A stretch of 64,000 bases of DNA from Escherichia phage vB_EcoM_Skers. Below the pieces are notes generated by a model. That model ran no database searches and was not told where the DNA came from. It saw nothing but the letters and a program-made list of their open reading frames with translations. The number at the start of each line of letters is the position of its first letter. Position 1 is the stretch's first letter. Positions 1 through 8,797 of this stretch are shown piece after piece. Both the position numbers and the translations under genes were made by a program. Where the stretch lies: sequence record MW748999.1; one strand, given 5' to 3'.

Positions 1-140
1 ATCGTCTCTCTTTTCGCCTCGCTGTAAATCCTTAACCACTTTGAGTATACTACCGGATTATTCAGCGCCTCCCATTGCAACTTAGTCGCATCGATCTTCA
101 TGTCAGCTTCTAATTGTTCTTTCAAATCGTTTAGGTCCAT
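1..140 (-). CDS. uvsY: UvsY recombination mediator, N-terminal fragment; gene continues beyond window start
   Basis: ATG at 138-140 with SD AAGGGG; translation MDLNDLKEQLEADMKIDATKLQWEALNNPVVYSKWL matches recalled T4 UvsY N-terminus; lies downstream of gene 25 as in T4. Confidence 0.7.
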   Translation of the reverse strand, partial: MDLNDLKEQLEADMKIDATKLQWEALNNPVVYSKWLRIYSEAKRET

Positions 141-187
141 AATATCCCCTTATTCACACTAAGACCTATATCATATCACACACAAAA

Positions 188-586
188 TCACTTTGCAAGT
201 CTTATGCGTAGTTGTTCAAGATCATCTGGGTTATCTATTACTGAAAAGTAGATTGATACTATGATTGAGTTATCGTCGTACTGCGGAGTTACTTCTACTG
301 TCAGGTTTCGGACCCGTGGTTCATAGTTTCGGATCGCCTCATTGATGTTTTTTGATAAAGTGTCTACTGTCAGTGGGTTCATGTTCTCAAACAGTGATTT
401 ATTGAGATCGCATCCAAACAGTGGATCAAATGGACGAGATCCCTTGCGAGTAGTCACGATCAGTAGAATAGAATCCTTAACCGCTTTAATCCCTATGTTC
501 TTTTTAACGTCGTTATTCCACGATCTGGATATATTGAGATCCAAATCAGTATACATCTGATTAATAGTTGCCATGTTATACCTCAA
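188..586 (-). CDS. 25: Baseplate wedge subunit gp25
   Basis: 132 aa, same length as T4 gp25; motifs TRKGSRPFDPLFGCDL and IDNPDD match recalled gp25. Confidence 0.9.
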   Translation of the reverse strand: MRYNMATINQMYTDLDLNISRSWNNDVKKNIGIKAVKDSILLIVTTRKGSRPFDPLFGCDLNKSLFENMNPLTVDTLSKNINEAIRNYEPRVRNLTVEVTPQYDDNSIIVSIYFSVIDNPDDLEQLRIRLAK

Positions 587-1212
587 AGAATTTTAAGGAA
601 ACTGGATAGACCTGATAATGAATATACACCAGATTCCCCGCATTCGCACTTGATCGGTACTGCCAGCGTGATTTGATTTCTTGTTAGCTCGTCGATCACT
701 TCTTCCACTTTATCCGTGGTAAGCATATCCAGCACGCGGTCAAAGTCCTGTGCGTTCAGGTCGTCTATATTGAATTGCTGATCGCCGATCACGATATATT
801 CGATACATGCAATTACCATCTGCATAATATCAACATCTTCTGTAAATTTAGGTTGACGAAACTTGATTTTTACTTGTCCTAAGTCCAGAATATACGGTTC
901 AACTTCTGGTATCTGTGTGCGTGAAACATCAAGAGAGTATACTTTCTCTTTATTGCATACACCACACACCCAAGTAGCATCAATTTTCATCTTATTGAGG
1001 CTGTGACACCATAAGAGAAGAAAAATATATTCTGCTTCGCATTTCTCTAGCTCTAATGCATTGATCCCCGTACATTCATGTATGATCTCTATAACAACCT
1101 CTGACAGCTTGCCAGTCTCTTTTGCTGCTACCAGTTTTTGAAATTCGCCGAAGGTGAAAGCACGGGCGTGTATCAACTTTTCGCCTAATTGGATCTTGAA
1201 AAAGTATTGCAT
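583..1212 (-). CDS. 26: Baseplate hub subunit gp26
   Basis: 209 aa (T4 gp26 is 208 aa); position between gene 25 and divergent gene 51; CxxCNKE zinc-ribbon-like motif. Confidence 0.7.
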   Translation of the reverse strand: MQYFFKIQLGEKLIHARAFTFGEFQKLVAAKETGKLSEVVIEIIHECTGINALELEKCEAEYIFLLLWCHSLNKMKIDATWVCGVCNKEKVYSLDVSRTQIPEVEPYILDLGQVKIKFRQPKFTEDVDIMQMVIACIEYIVIGDQQFNIDDLNAQDFDRVLDMLTTDKVEEVIDELTRNQITLAVPIKCECGESGVYSLSGLSSFLKIL

Positions 1213-1254
1213 AATAAAACACCCTTTATAAACACATAGAATTATTTAGTATTT

Positions 1255-1262
1255 TATAAATA
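1255..1262 (+). promoter_or_regulatory. T4-type late promoter (TATAAATA)
   Basis: Exact TATAAATA about 20 nt upstream of the gene 51 ATG. Confidence 0.55.
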
Positions 1263-1282
1263 CCCGAAAGGGGGATTATACC

Positions 1283-2053
1283 ATGAATATTATCCGAATA
1301 AAACTACCGGAAGGTGTGCAGAGATTTAAACCATTCACGGTAAAAGATTATAGAGATTTCCTTCTGGTGTCAACTGAAATTAAGATGAATCCAGAAGAAG
1401 AACAAACGATTCTGGATGAGCTATTAGAAGAAATATATCCAGAAGTAGATCCGGCATTTCGTGAATATATTTTCCTGAATGTCTTTACTAGTTCAATCGG
1501 TAAAACTAAGATACCGCTTTGTTTTACTTGCCCGACTTGCAACAAAGAAAGAAAAATGTTGCTTAACTTACAGGTTGAAGCACTAAAACCAATCGTTCTA
1601 GAGGCCGCAGGGCTTAAAATAACTTTCCGGTATGTTAAACCATCAACCGACTATGCAAAAACGTTTCTGGATGCGATAGAGCGTGTATCTGATGGTATTA
1701 ATGATTATCTATGGACTGAATTACCGGAAGAAGTTAGAGAACAGGTTATCGATTCAATCTCATTTGCTGAATTTGAAGAAGTTGTTAAGCAGATGCACAC
1801 AATCAAGATCGAACAAAAGATATCTTGTTGTGAAAGTCATGACCTGAAATACATAGGTCTTCTTCCATTATTCAAATTGTTGTTGAATCCAGATGAGTTA
1901 TTCATCTTTTATCGAATAAACCATCTATTGGCAAAATCAAATTATTCTATCAGTGATCTTATGGATATGTTACCGATTGAGAGAAACATTGCACTGACAC
2001 TGGTCGAGAAAGACGTAAAAGAGGCAACTAATGCAAAGAACGGGGTTTCCTAA
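1283..2053 (+). CDS. 51: Baseplate hub assembly protein gp51
   Basis: 256 aa (T4 gp51 is 249 aa); divergent from 26 and upstream of 27 as in T4; paralogous to gp26 (EYIFL, CxxCNKE motifs). Confidence 0.65.
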   Translation: MNIIRIKLPEGVQRFKPFTVKDYRDFLLVSTEIKMNPEEEQTILDELLEEIYPEVDPAFREYIFLNVFTSSIGKTKIPLCFTCPTCNKERKMLLNLQVEALKPIVLEAAGLKITFRYVKPSTDYAKTFLDAIERVSDGINDYLWTELPEEVREQVIDSISFAEFEEVVKQMHTIKIEQKISCCESHDLKYIGLLPLFKLLLNPDELFIFYRINHLLAKSNYSISDLMDMLPIERNIALTLVEKDVKEATNAKNGVS

Positions 2054-3140
2054 TGTCTCAATAAAACTTTATCAGGATTATGAGGCATTTCTAAATCATC
2101 GCTTTATAGAGTTGGGTGCTACCTTTGTTACAATGACTCTGCGTGATTCGATTCGTGGGGTGAATGAAGGATTGTTGCAATTCTATGATAATAAGGCGAT
2201 GCATACAAAATTAAATGGGAGAGAGATCATTCAGATTTCGCTATCCACTGCTAATACAGATGAAGTGTTTAACCGAATCTATGGGATCTCTCATAGTAAT
2301 GTAACAATTGACCAAAAATCCGACAACATTTTAACATTCCAGTTAAAGAGCTATCACGAAACACTAAACCTTAAATTTTCTCGCTCATTAACAAATAACG
2401 CTGTTAATAACGTAACTAGCATGATTGATGCCATCTATAAGGAAGTTCCTTTATGGAAACCTACTATAAAGGGTGATAACGTTGTTATTCCTCGTTGTCC
2501 GTGGGTTAGTACCGTAAATGACTATATGGATTTTGTGAGGGCATACGGGCAAAGCGTAGAAACAGAGTCTTTCGTGTATTGCTGGGAAGATTTTGATGGT
2601 ATAACGATCGCTGGACACGATACATTATTAAAAAATGAGCCAATACCAGCTATAATCTGTGAGCCTAGACTCATGGGTCAATTTATTGATATGTCACCTA
2701 ATCTGATGGTTTTTAATTTCGAGTGGCAGACTAAGAGCAATGCTAAAGTCAAAAACTCGTTTAACAATGTGACATACACAGCTATTGATTTTGTTACTAA
2801 GCAGTATAATAAAATTGTTGTTGGTAATGGGGATAATATTGCACACTTTGCTCATGGTGGCGCTTATGGAGATTTAACTTATAAGAATGCGTTTTTGGAA
2901 GGTTCTAAACTTGCCACAATAGAACAATATGATTCGTATGCTACCGCCGTGTGTCACGGTAATTTTTCGTTGCGCCCCGGTATGGTTATTCGATTCTTTG
3001 ATGAGAAACAACAAGCACGCAATGATTTTATTGTTGACGAAGTTGTGCATGAAATTAGCCGAGAGCAATCATTAACTCACCTGTATATGATCGGTAACAG
3101 CGAAGAATTACAGGAAGTCAAATTTGAAGGTAAGATATAA
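2031..3140 (+). CDS. 27: Baseplate hub subunit gp27
   Basis: 369 aa; N-terminus MQRTGFPNVSIKLYQDY resembles recalled T4 gp27; gene order 51-27-28-29. Confidence 0.8.
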   Translation: MQRTGFPNVSIKLYQDYEAFLNHRFIELGATFVTMTLRDSIRGVNEGLLQFYDNKAMHTKLNGREIIQISLSTANTDEVFNRIYGISHSNVTIDQKSDNILTFQLKSYHETLNLKFSRSLTNNAVNNVTSMIDAIYKEVPLWKPTIKGDNVVIPRCPWVSTVNDYMDFVRAYGQSVETESFVYCWEDFDGITIAGHDTLLKNEPIPAIICEPRLMGQFIDMSPNLMVFNFEWQTKSNAKVKNSFNNVTYTAIDFVTKQYNKIVVGNGDNIAHFAHGGAYGDLTYKNAFLEGSKLATIEQYDSYATAVCHGNFSLRPGMVIRFFDEKQQARNDFIVDEVVHEISREQSLTHLYMIGNSEELQEVKFEGKI

Positions 3141-3658
3141 TGACAGAAACTAAACCTATGTTAAAATTTGTTGTTCCTGTAAAAAAATTAGAGATAAACG
3201 GGAAACATATTAAGATCCCAAAAATGGGGATTAAGCAACATCGATTATTAAAAGATGTTCGTAGCTGTGATGAAACATTAAAGATTCTTCTTGATTCAAT
3301 CTGTCCTGGGTTAAACGCTGCCGAGTCTGAATTGGTTATGCTTAACCTTTGTGCGTTTAATGGTAAGTGTCTGGAAGAAAAAGATGGTCTTAAGCTGTCT
3401 GATGTGTATATTTGTACAGAGACCGAATTTACTTTAAATGGTAAAGTCTTTAAATTTAAAAATCCAATGTATACTTCTGACCCCATTATCGATGACGCTG
3501 ATTTCTTGAGTCATCATTATCACGATCCTAGTGTAGACTTCCATGATTTCCCAGCTTTTATTATGGATTGGGCTACAGGATTAAGAAAAACTATTGCGCT
3601 GGATACGCCGGAAGGCACTATCTATGGTGGAATTAACATATTGGATCGCCTATCATGA
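3140..3658 (+). CDS. 28: Baseplate hub distal subunit gp28
   Basis: 172 aa (T4 gp28 is 177 aa); start overlaps gp27 stop; position. Confidence 0.75.
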   Translation: MTETKPMLKFVVPVKKLEINGKHIKIPKMGIKQHRLLKDVRSCDETLKILLDSICPGLNAAESELVMLNLCAFNGKCLEEKDGLKLSDVYICTETEFTLNGKVFKFKNPMYTSDPIIDDADFLSHHYHDPSVDFHDFPAFIMDWATGLRKTIALDTPEGTIYGGINILDRLS

Positions 3659-5388
3659 ATGACGCATTAACATCATTTCGCGGGATGCGCAAGGAAGCGG
3701 AAGAAAATCCGATTGATAAACTTAACAAGTTAGATAAACTTGATTCTATTGATAATTTGCAAGCCGCTACCGAATTGGTGGCGGAGACAGTAGAACAAAA
3801 ATCTAATGAAGTTGTTGGTGCGGTAGAGGATAACACCGCAGCCAATGAATTGACGGCAGAGAATACCCAATCTACCGCTGGCAATACCCAAAAAACTTAT
3901 GAAGAATTGCAAAAACTCAATAATTTCTCTTCTCAGATGAATGAGAAATTACGTGGTTTTGGTGTTATGATGGAACGTAGATTTGGTGTTGTCAGTAAAA
4001 TGGCTAGCGGTATTGGTGCGATTGAAGAAGCACTGAAAAAACCTGAACAACCGCAAACAATGCCATCACCTCAGCCAGTTTTGCCTACTGTACCGGAACA
4101 GCCTAATAATGACAACTATCAAGGTCTTCCAAAGAAAAAACCAGATGTTGAGGAACGGAAGAAAAAGAACGCCGCAGATAAGCGCAATGCGGATTCTATG
4201 GAAAATCTTCTTAAAGTTGTTCGTGGAGGATTTAAAGAAACCATAGGTATCTCTAATAAGGTCTTAGGGATGTTATTTAAGATCACCTTGACCGCTATGG
4301 CAGAAGCCGCAAAATGGGGCGCTATTTTGATGGGTATTGTTTTTGCCATCGACACCCTTATGATTCATTTCAGATATTGGAGTGATTTATTCGAAACAAA
4401 ATTCGATGAATTTATGGATAAGGCCGGAGAATGGGCTGGACCAATTAGTGATATTCTAACAACTATTCGTCAAGTTCGAGATTATTGGTCTAAAGGTGAA
4501 TATGGAGAATTAATTAAATCTCTTGTTATGGGTATTGGTGATGCATTCTATAAAACCTTTATCCAACTTGATCGAATTATCACTACTGGTATTGCTAAAA
4601 TTCTTCGCATGATCCCTGGTATGGGTGATTATGCCGATAAGTTAGAATATGGTGCTTTAAAATCTGCTGTCGCTCAAGGCTATACGCCAAATGAAAGAGA
4701 ACTCGAATTAATGGATAAGGTCGAGTCTGAACACGAAGAGGACAAATACGGGGAGCGTACTGGCTGGACCGGAAAAGCCCGTGATATTGGTGAGGCTATC
4801 GGTGACTCCATTAAAGATAAAGTTAACGAGGGTCTTGTTAGTCTGGGCTGGAGAGATCAAAAGGATGTTGACGCAGAGAAGCGACAAGAAGAATTAAAAC
4901 GCGGGGAATATGAGTCTGTTTCTGCTGAACAGCGATCTGCTAGTCGTAAACTTAGAATTAAAAGCGAGGGCGCGATCAATAATATTAATGAAGTTATGGA
5001 GAACTTGAGCGGTGACTATGACAAAGAAAAAATTGGAGAGTTGAAAAAGGATATTGATGTTTACCGTGAGCAAGTTCAAGATCCTACATTAGTTGAAAGT
5101 GATCGTTCTCAGTTAGAGCGTCTTATTGAAAAATTTGATGAGATGTATGCTGATAAAACTAAGGGTGTGGTTCCAGCTAAATCTGTTCCGGCAACTGAAA
5201 CGGAAACAGCAAAACAAGCGGAACGTACTGAACAAATGCAGAAACAAGCTGCAATCCAGCAACAAACGACAAATCAGACCTCAAACGTAAATAATACACA
5301 AATTGTAACAAACAATAGAACTATTAAACAGGGTGCACCAACAACTAGAATTGATGCACCAGGTACAATTAATATGGGGAACTTTTAA
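3655..5388 (+). CDS. 29: Baseplate hub / tail length determinator gp29
   Basis: 577 aa (T4 gp29 is 590 aa); charged coiled-coil-rich sequence; position. Confidence 0.8.
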   Translation: MNDALTSFRGMRKEAEENPIDKLNKLDKLDSIDNLQAATELVAETVEQKSNEVVGAVEDNTAANELTAENTQSTAGNTQKTYEELQKLNNFSSQMNEKLRGFGVMMERRFGVVSKMASGIGAIEEALKKPEQPQTMPSPQPVLPTVPEQPNNDNYQGLPKKKPDVEERKKKNAADKRNADSMENLLKVVRGGFKETIGISNKVLGMLFKITLTAMAEAAKWGAILMGIVFAIDTLMIHFRYWSDLFETKFDEFMDKAGEWAGPISDILTTIRQVRDYWSKGEYGELIKSLVMGIGDAFYKTFIQLDRIITTGIAKILRMIPGMGDYADKLEYGALKSAVAQGYTPNERELELMDKVESEHEEDKYGERTGWTGKARDIGEAIGDSIKDKVNEGLVSLGWRDQKDVDAEKRQEELKRGEYESVSAEQRSASRKLRIKSEGAINNINEVMENLSGDYDKEKIGELKKDIDVYREQVQDPTLVESDRSQLERLIEKFDEMYADKTKGVVPAKSVPATETETAKQAERTEQMQKQAAIQQQTTNQTSNVNNTQIVTNNRTIKQGAPTTRIDAPGTINMGNF

Positions 5389-6446
5389 TGAAAATTAGTG
5401 TTATCAATGATGCCGTTGATAGCTTTAAAGCGGGGGTTAAAACCTCCGCTGGTTTTACCTCAAAAAATAAAGGGAAAACATTAACCGCTCAATTCCCCGC
5501 TGAACGTGCTAGCGGTAATGATGCTAGCGGTTATTATATCAACGACTTATATAATAATGGTCTGTTATTCACTGCATACGATTACACATCTCGTACTACT
5601 GGATCGTTGCGTGATTTCAGGAAAAAGAAAAATGTTGCTAGCGGTTTTGGTGGTAGCGTTAATATCGCTGGTTTTGATTTAAATTTGGGTGGGAGAAATG
5701 CTGCATTTGACCGAGAGGCAATTGCTAATATTCTTCTTCCTCGTAGTCAATCTGACGTTGACGCTGCCAGCCATAAGTTTAATGATGTTGGTGAATCTGT
5801 TATTTCTCGCGGCGGTGGTACTTTAGGCGGTGCTCTTTCTAATATGGCATCTACGGCCGTTTTTGGTGGTATCGAAAGTATTACTGGTGGATACCTTGCC
5901 GATCACGGTGAACAGATTTATAATACTGCGCGAAGCATGTATGCGGGTGCTGACGCACGAACGAAAAACTACGTATGGCATCTAACCCCACGTAGTATTG
6001 AAGACCTTCGCAATATTCTGATCATATACGAAACGTTTTTAGAGTTGTCTTATGGTTCTAGTGGTATTTCCAGCACCGCAAAAGAATTAAAAGCGGAAGT
6101 TGATGCGTGGTATAAAAATACACTATTGAGCAAATCCACTCCAGCCGAGGCAAAGAGAAATGATACGCTGTTTGAAGGGATCACCGATTTTCTATCAAAC
6201 GTAATTACTGTATCTAACCCGACAATATGGATGATATCTAACTTCGGTAAGCGTACATCGTTTGAAGGGCGTAGCGATGCATTTGGTCCCGCTCAGATCT
6301 CAAGTGTACGTCTGGACAAGTCGCCTGATGGTAAGTTTAATGGCCTTGCTATTTCTCCTAACTTGCCGAGTACCTTTGTTCTGGAAGTATCATTTAGAGA
6401 GATCTTGACACTTTCCCGTGGTACTATATTTGGGAGTGCGGCATAA
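5388..6446 (+). CDS. 48: Baseplate tail-tube junction protein gp48
   Basis: 352 aa (T4 gp48 is 364 aa); ATGA overlap with gene 29; position. Confidence 0.8.
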   Translation: MKISVINDAVDSFKAGVKTSAGFTSKNKGKTLTAQFPAERASGNDASGYYINDLYNNGLLFTAYDYTSRTTGSLRDFRKKKNVASGFGGSVNIAGFDLNLGGRNAAFDREAIANILLPRSQSDVDAASHKFNDVGESVISRGGGTLGGALSNMASTAVFGGIESITGGYLADHGEQIYNTARSMYAGADARTKNYVWHLTPRSIEDLRNILIIYETFLELSYGSSGISSTAKELKAEVDAWYKNTLLSKSTPAEAKRNDTLFEGITDFLSNVITVSNPTIWMISNFGKRTSFEGRSDAFGPAQISSVRLDKSPDGKFNGLAISPNLPSTFVLEVSFREILTLSRGTIFGSAA

Positions 6447-7378
6447 TGTTTGATTTAAATGACTTTAACGAACAAGCCGCTAACCTTGACTTTCAGCGAT
6501 CGAACTTATTCAGTGTGGCATTTGCCACCACTCCAAGTAATAAGACACAAGCGATCCTAGAAAGTATGGGCGGTGCGGTATATGATATTATACCAAATGC
6601 ATTAAATGACTATTTCGGGATTACTCGTGGTGATTATACTGACGCATTAACAAATCTTGCTGTACAGGGTGTTAGGCGTGCTGTTGATTCATCCGGTGTC
6701 AAAAAGTATCTTTTAGGTGCAATGTCATCCCGCGTAGTTCAATCTCTTCTGGGGCAATTTGATGTTGGTACATATGCGCTTGACTGGTTCAATATGGCAT
6801 ATAAGACAAGCGGTCTTCTGGTGTATGCTGTTAAGGTTCCAGAAAACAGATTGAATTATGAAATGGACCGTAACCACAATGCGCCGAACATTCGAATTAC
6901 CGGACGTGATTTTGATCCGCTTGTATTGAGCTTTAGAATGGACTCTAGCGCATCAAACTATAGAGCAATGCAGGATTGGGTTAACTCAGTAGAAGACCCC
7001 GTTACAGGGCTTCGTGCGCTTCCTGTTGACGTTGAAGCAGATATTCAGGTCAACTTACATAACCGAATGGGAGTTCCTCACACGATCATGATGTTTAATG
7101 GTTGTGTTCCTGTTGGTGTGAGTGCACCGGAATTAAACTATGAAAACAACAACGAAATCACAACATTCGATGTTACTTTCGCATATCGTTCTATGCAAAC
7201 TGGTGCTGTAGGAGAGCAAGCCGCGCGAGAATGGATTGAGGATAAGGCAATAAACGCAATAACAAACACTTTCGGCAATAATTTACTTGATAGTGGGTTA
7301 TCTGCTGCTGGTAATGCTTTATCGCGTCTAAATGGCGTTGGTGGGCGTGTGGTGAATACTGTCACTAACTGGTTCTGA
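6446..7378 (+). CDS. 54: Baseplate tail-tube initiator gp54
   Basis: 310 aa (T4 gp54 is 320 aa); overlap-coupled to gene 48; followed by terminator. Confidence 0.8.
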   Translation: MFDLNDFNEQAANLDFQRSNLFSVAFATTPSNKTQAILESMGGAVYDIIPNALNDYFGITRGDYTDALTNLAVQGVRRAVDSSGVKKYLLGAMSSRVVQSLLGQFDVGTYALDWFNMAYKTSGLLVYAVKVPENRLNYEMDRNHNAPNIRITGRDFDPLVLSFRMDSSASNYRAMQDWVNSVEDPVTGLRALPVDVEADIQVNLHNRMGVPHTIMMFNGCVPVGVSAPELNYENNNEITTFDVTFAYRSMQTGAVGEQAAREWIEDKAINAITNTFGNNLLDSGLSAAGNALSRLNGVGGRVVNTVTNWF

Positions 7379-7384
7379 TAAGCG

Positions 7385-7412
7385 AAAGGCGGGGATTATC
7401 CCCCGCCTTTTT
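7385..7412. terminator. Bidirectional intrinsic terminator between convergent genes 54 and lipoprotein gene
   Basis: Hairpin GGCGGGGattatCCCCCGCC flanked by A-run and T-run. Confidence 0.7.
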
Positions 7413-7899
7413 ATTTTGCTAAATCATTGCAATATTTTAGTGCCTTAGTTTGAAATTCTGCGCTGTTAAGTTCTTCATAACGGTCATAATCACCGTTTAA
7501 TGCTGCCTTTCTTGCTTCTTGCTCTATCTGCATGTCAGACATGATAATACAGCGATCCCGTGCTTTCATCTTCTCAAGTTGTATAGACTCTTCTTTCTGT
7601 TTGCGCAATTCTTCTTGACGCTTCTTTTCTTCTCGTGCTTTCTCTTCCCGCGCTTCTTTGATTGCATCCTTGAACATCTGCGTTTGTGGTGCTAAACCAA
7701 CTTTAACGCGATCCACGTCTCGACGTTCCATTTTAGAAATAAAGCATGATTCGATCTGACCATCACTTGCATATGCTGCTTTACATTCACGAAGCAAGAA
7801 AACCGGATCTGATTTAGCCTTCATCATAGCTTCCATGTTAGCACAACCATTAAGCATAGCCACTAAAGCCGCAAGACCAATTAGTTTAATCATTTTCAT
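7411..7899 (-). CDS. Putative lipoprotein with Lys/Glu-rich coiled-coil
   Basis: N-terminal signal peptide with lipobox-like LNGC; KEAREEKAREEKKRQEELRK low-complexity helix. Confidence 0.55.
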   Translation of the reverse strand: MKMIKLIGLAALVAMLNGCANMEAMMKAKSDPVFLLRECKAAYASDGQIESCFISKMERRDVDRVKVGLAPQTQMFKDAIKEAREEKAREEKKRQEELRKQKEESIQLEKMKARDRCIIMSDMQIEQEARKAALNGDYDRYEELNSAEFQTKALKYCNDLAK

Positions 7900-8720
7900 T
7901 TAGTCACCTCACCGAAAATTGTAAATTGTCTACGATTCTCATCGCCGAAAGATTCTACTACGTCGTTTACCTTGACGCAAGTCCCGCGCGGTAAAATTAC
8001 TTCACATTCGCAAGGATTCCATGCAATCGACCCAACAACAAAACCTTTATGATCTTTTACGTCAATTACCCATGATACATTACAAGAATGTTGCATCTTT
8101 CCGGTCATCGATTCATATCGATTCTCACAATAAAGGCTAGTGCTATTTGAAAGCCAGCCTCCAAAGATGATTGGTGTCATGCTGGTTGATACAAAGTTTT
8201 TAAAGGTAAATTCCTTATCTTCAATAATACGCTCTATTGTTTGAATGTCAAGATGTTGACCACGATAAAGAGTACCGTTTAACTTTTCGGTTTTATCCAT
8301 GACGCAATCCATCAAATCAACAATTTCGGATATCTCGTCGGTCATGTCTTCTTCCCCTAAGAGAGCACCATTTACCCATTCGTATTGTTCAGACACATAA
8401 TCACAGATTGCATTATATTCTGCTGGGGTTATGTTGTTATGTTTGTAATGTTTGAATACATTATCTCCAAAATCTTCGGAGTGTACTTCATACATCACAT
8501 TAATGATTTTCTTGATAAATCCATAATCTTGTGTCTCACGCTCAAGGAAGCGGATAACCTTCACATAATCATCAAAGTTAATCTGATCACTGATCATCTC
8601 AGTGATCATGTAACCATTAATCCCCTCAATGTCATATGTTTCGATGTAATTATCCATACGTTCCATCATTGATTCGCGTGATTCTTCTGAAAGACGAAAA
8701 TCCTGTAATTTCTTGAACAT
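7896..8720 (-). CDS. Alt/Mod-family ADP-ribosyltransferase (small paralog)
   Basis: R-S-ExE catalytic triad: LYRGQ, FVSTSMT, ECEVILPRG; homologous to C-terminal domain of adjacent Alt. Confidence 0.8.
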   Translation of the reverse strand: MFKKLQDFRLSEESRESMMERMDNYIETYDIEGINGYMITEMISDQINFDDYVKVIRFLERETQDYGFIKKIINVMYEVHSEDFGDNVFKHYKHNNITPAEYNAICDYVSEQYEWVNGALLGEEDMTDEISEIVDLMDCVMDKTEKLNGTLYRGQHLDIQTIERIIEDKEFTFKNFVSTSMTPIIFGGWLSNSTSLYCENRYESMTGKMQHSCNVSWVIDVKDHKGFVVGSIAWNPCECEVILPRGTCVKVNDVVESFGDENRRQFTIFGEVTK

Positions 8721-8738
8721 TTTAAACCTCCCATATAA

Positions 8739-8773
8739 CAGAAAACGGGGCTAGTATAAAACTAGTCCCCGTT
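8739..8773 (-). terminator. Hairpin terminator downstream of alt
   Basis: Stem ACGGGGCTAGT/ACTAGTCCCCGT followed by T-rich tract on minus strand. Confidence 0.5.
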
Positions 8774-8797
8774 TGAGTCAACCATTATTTCTTAAAA

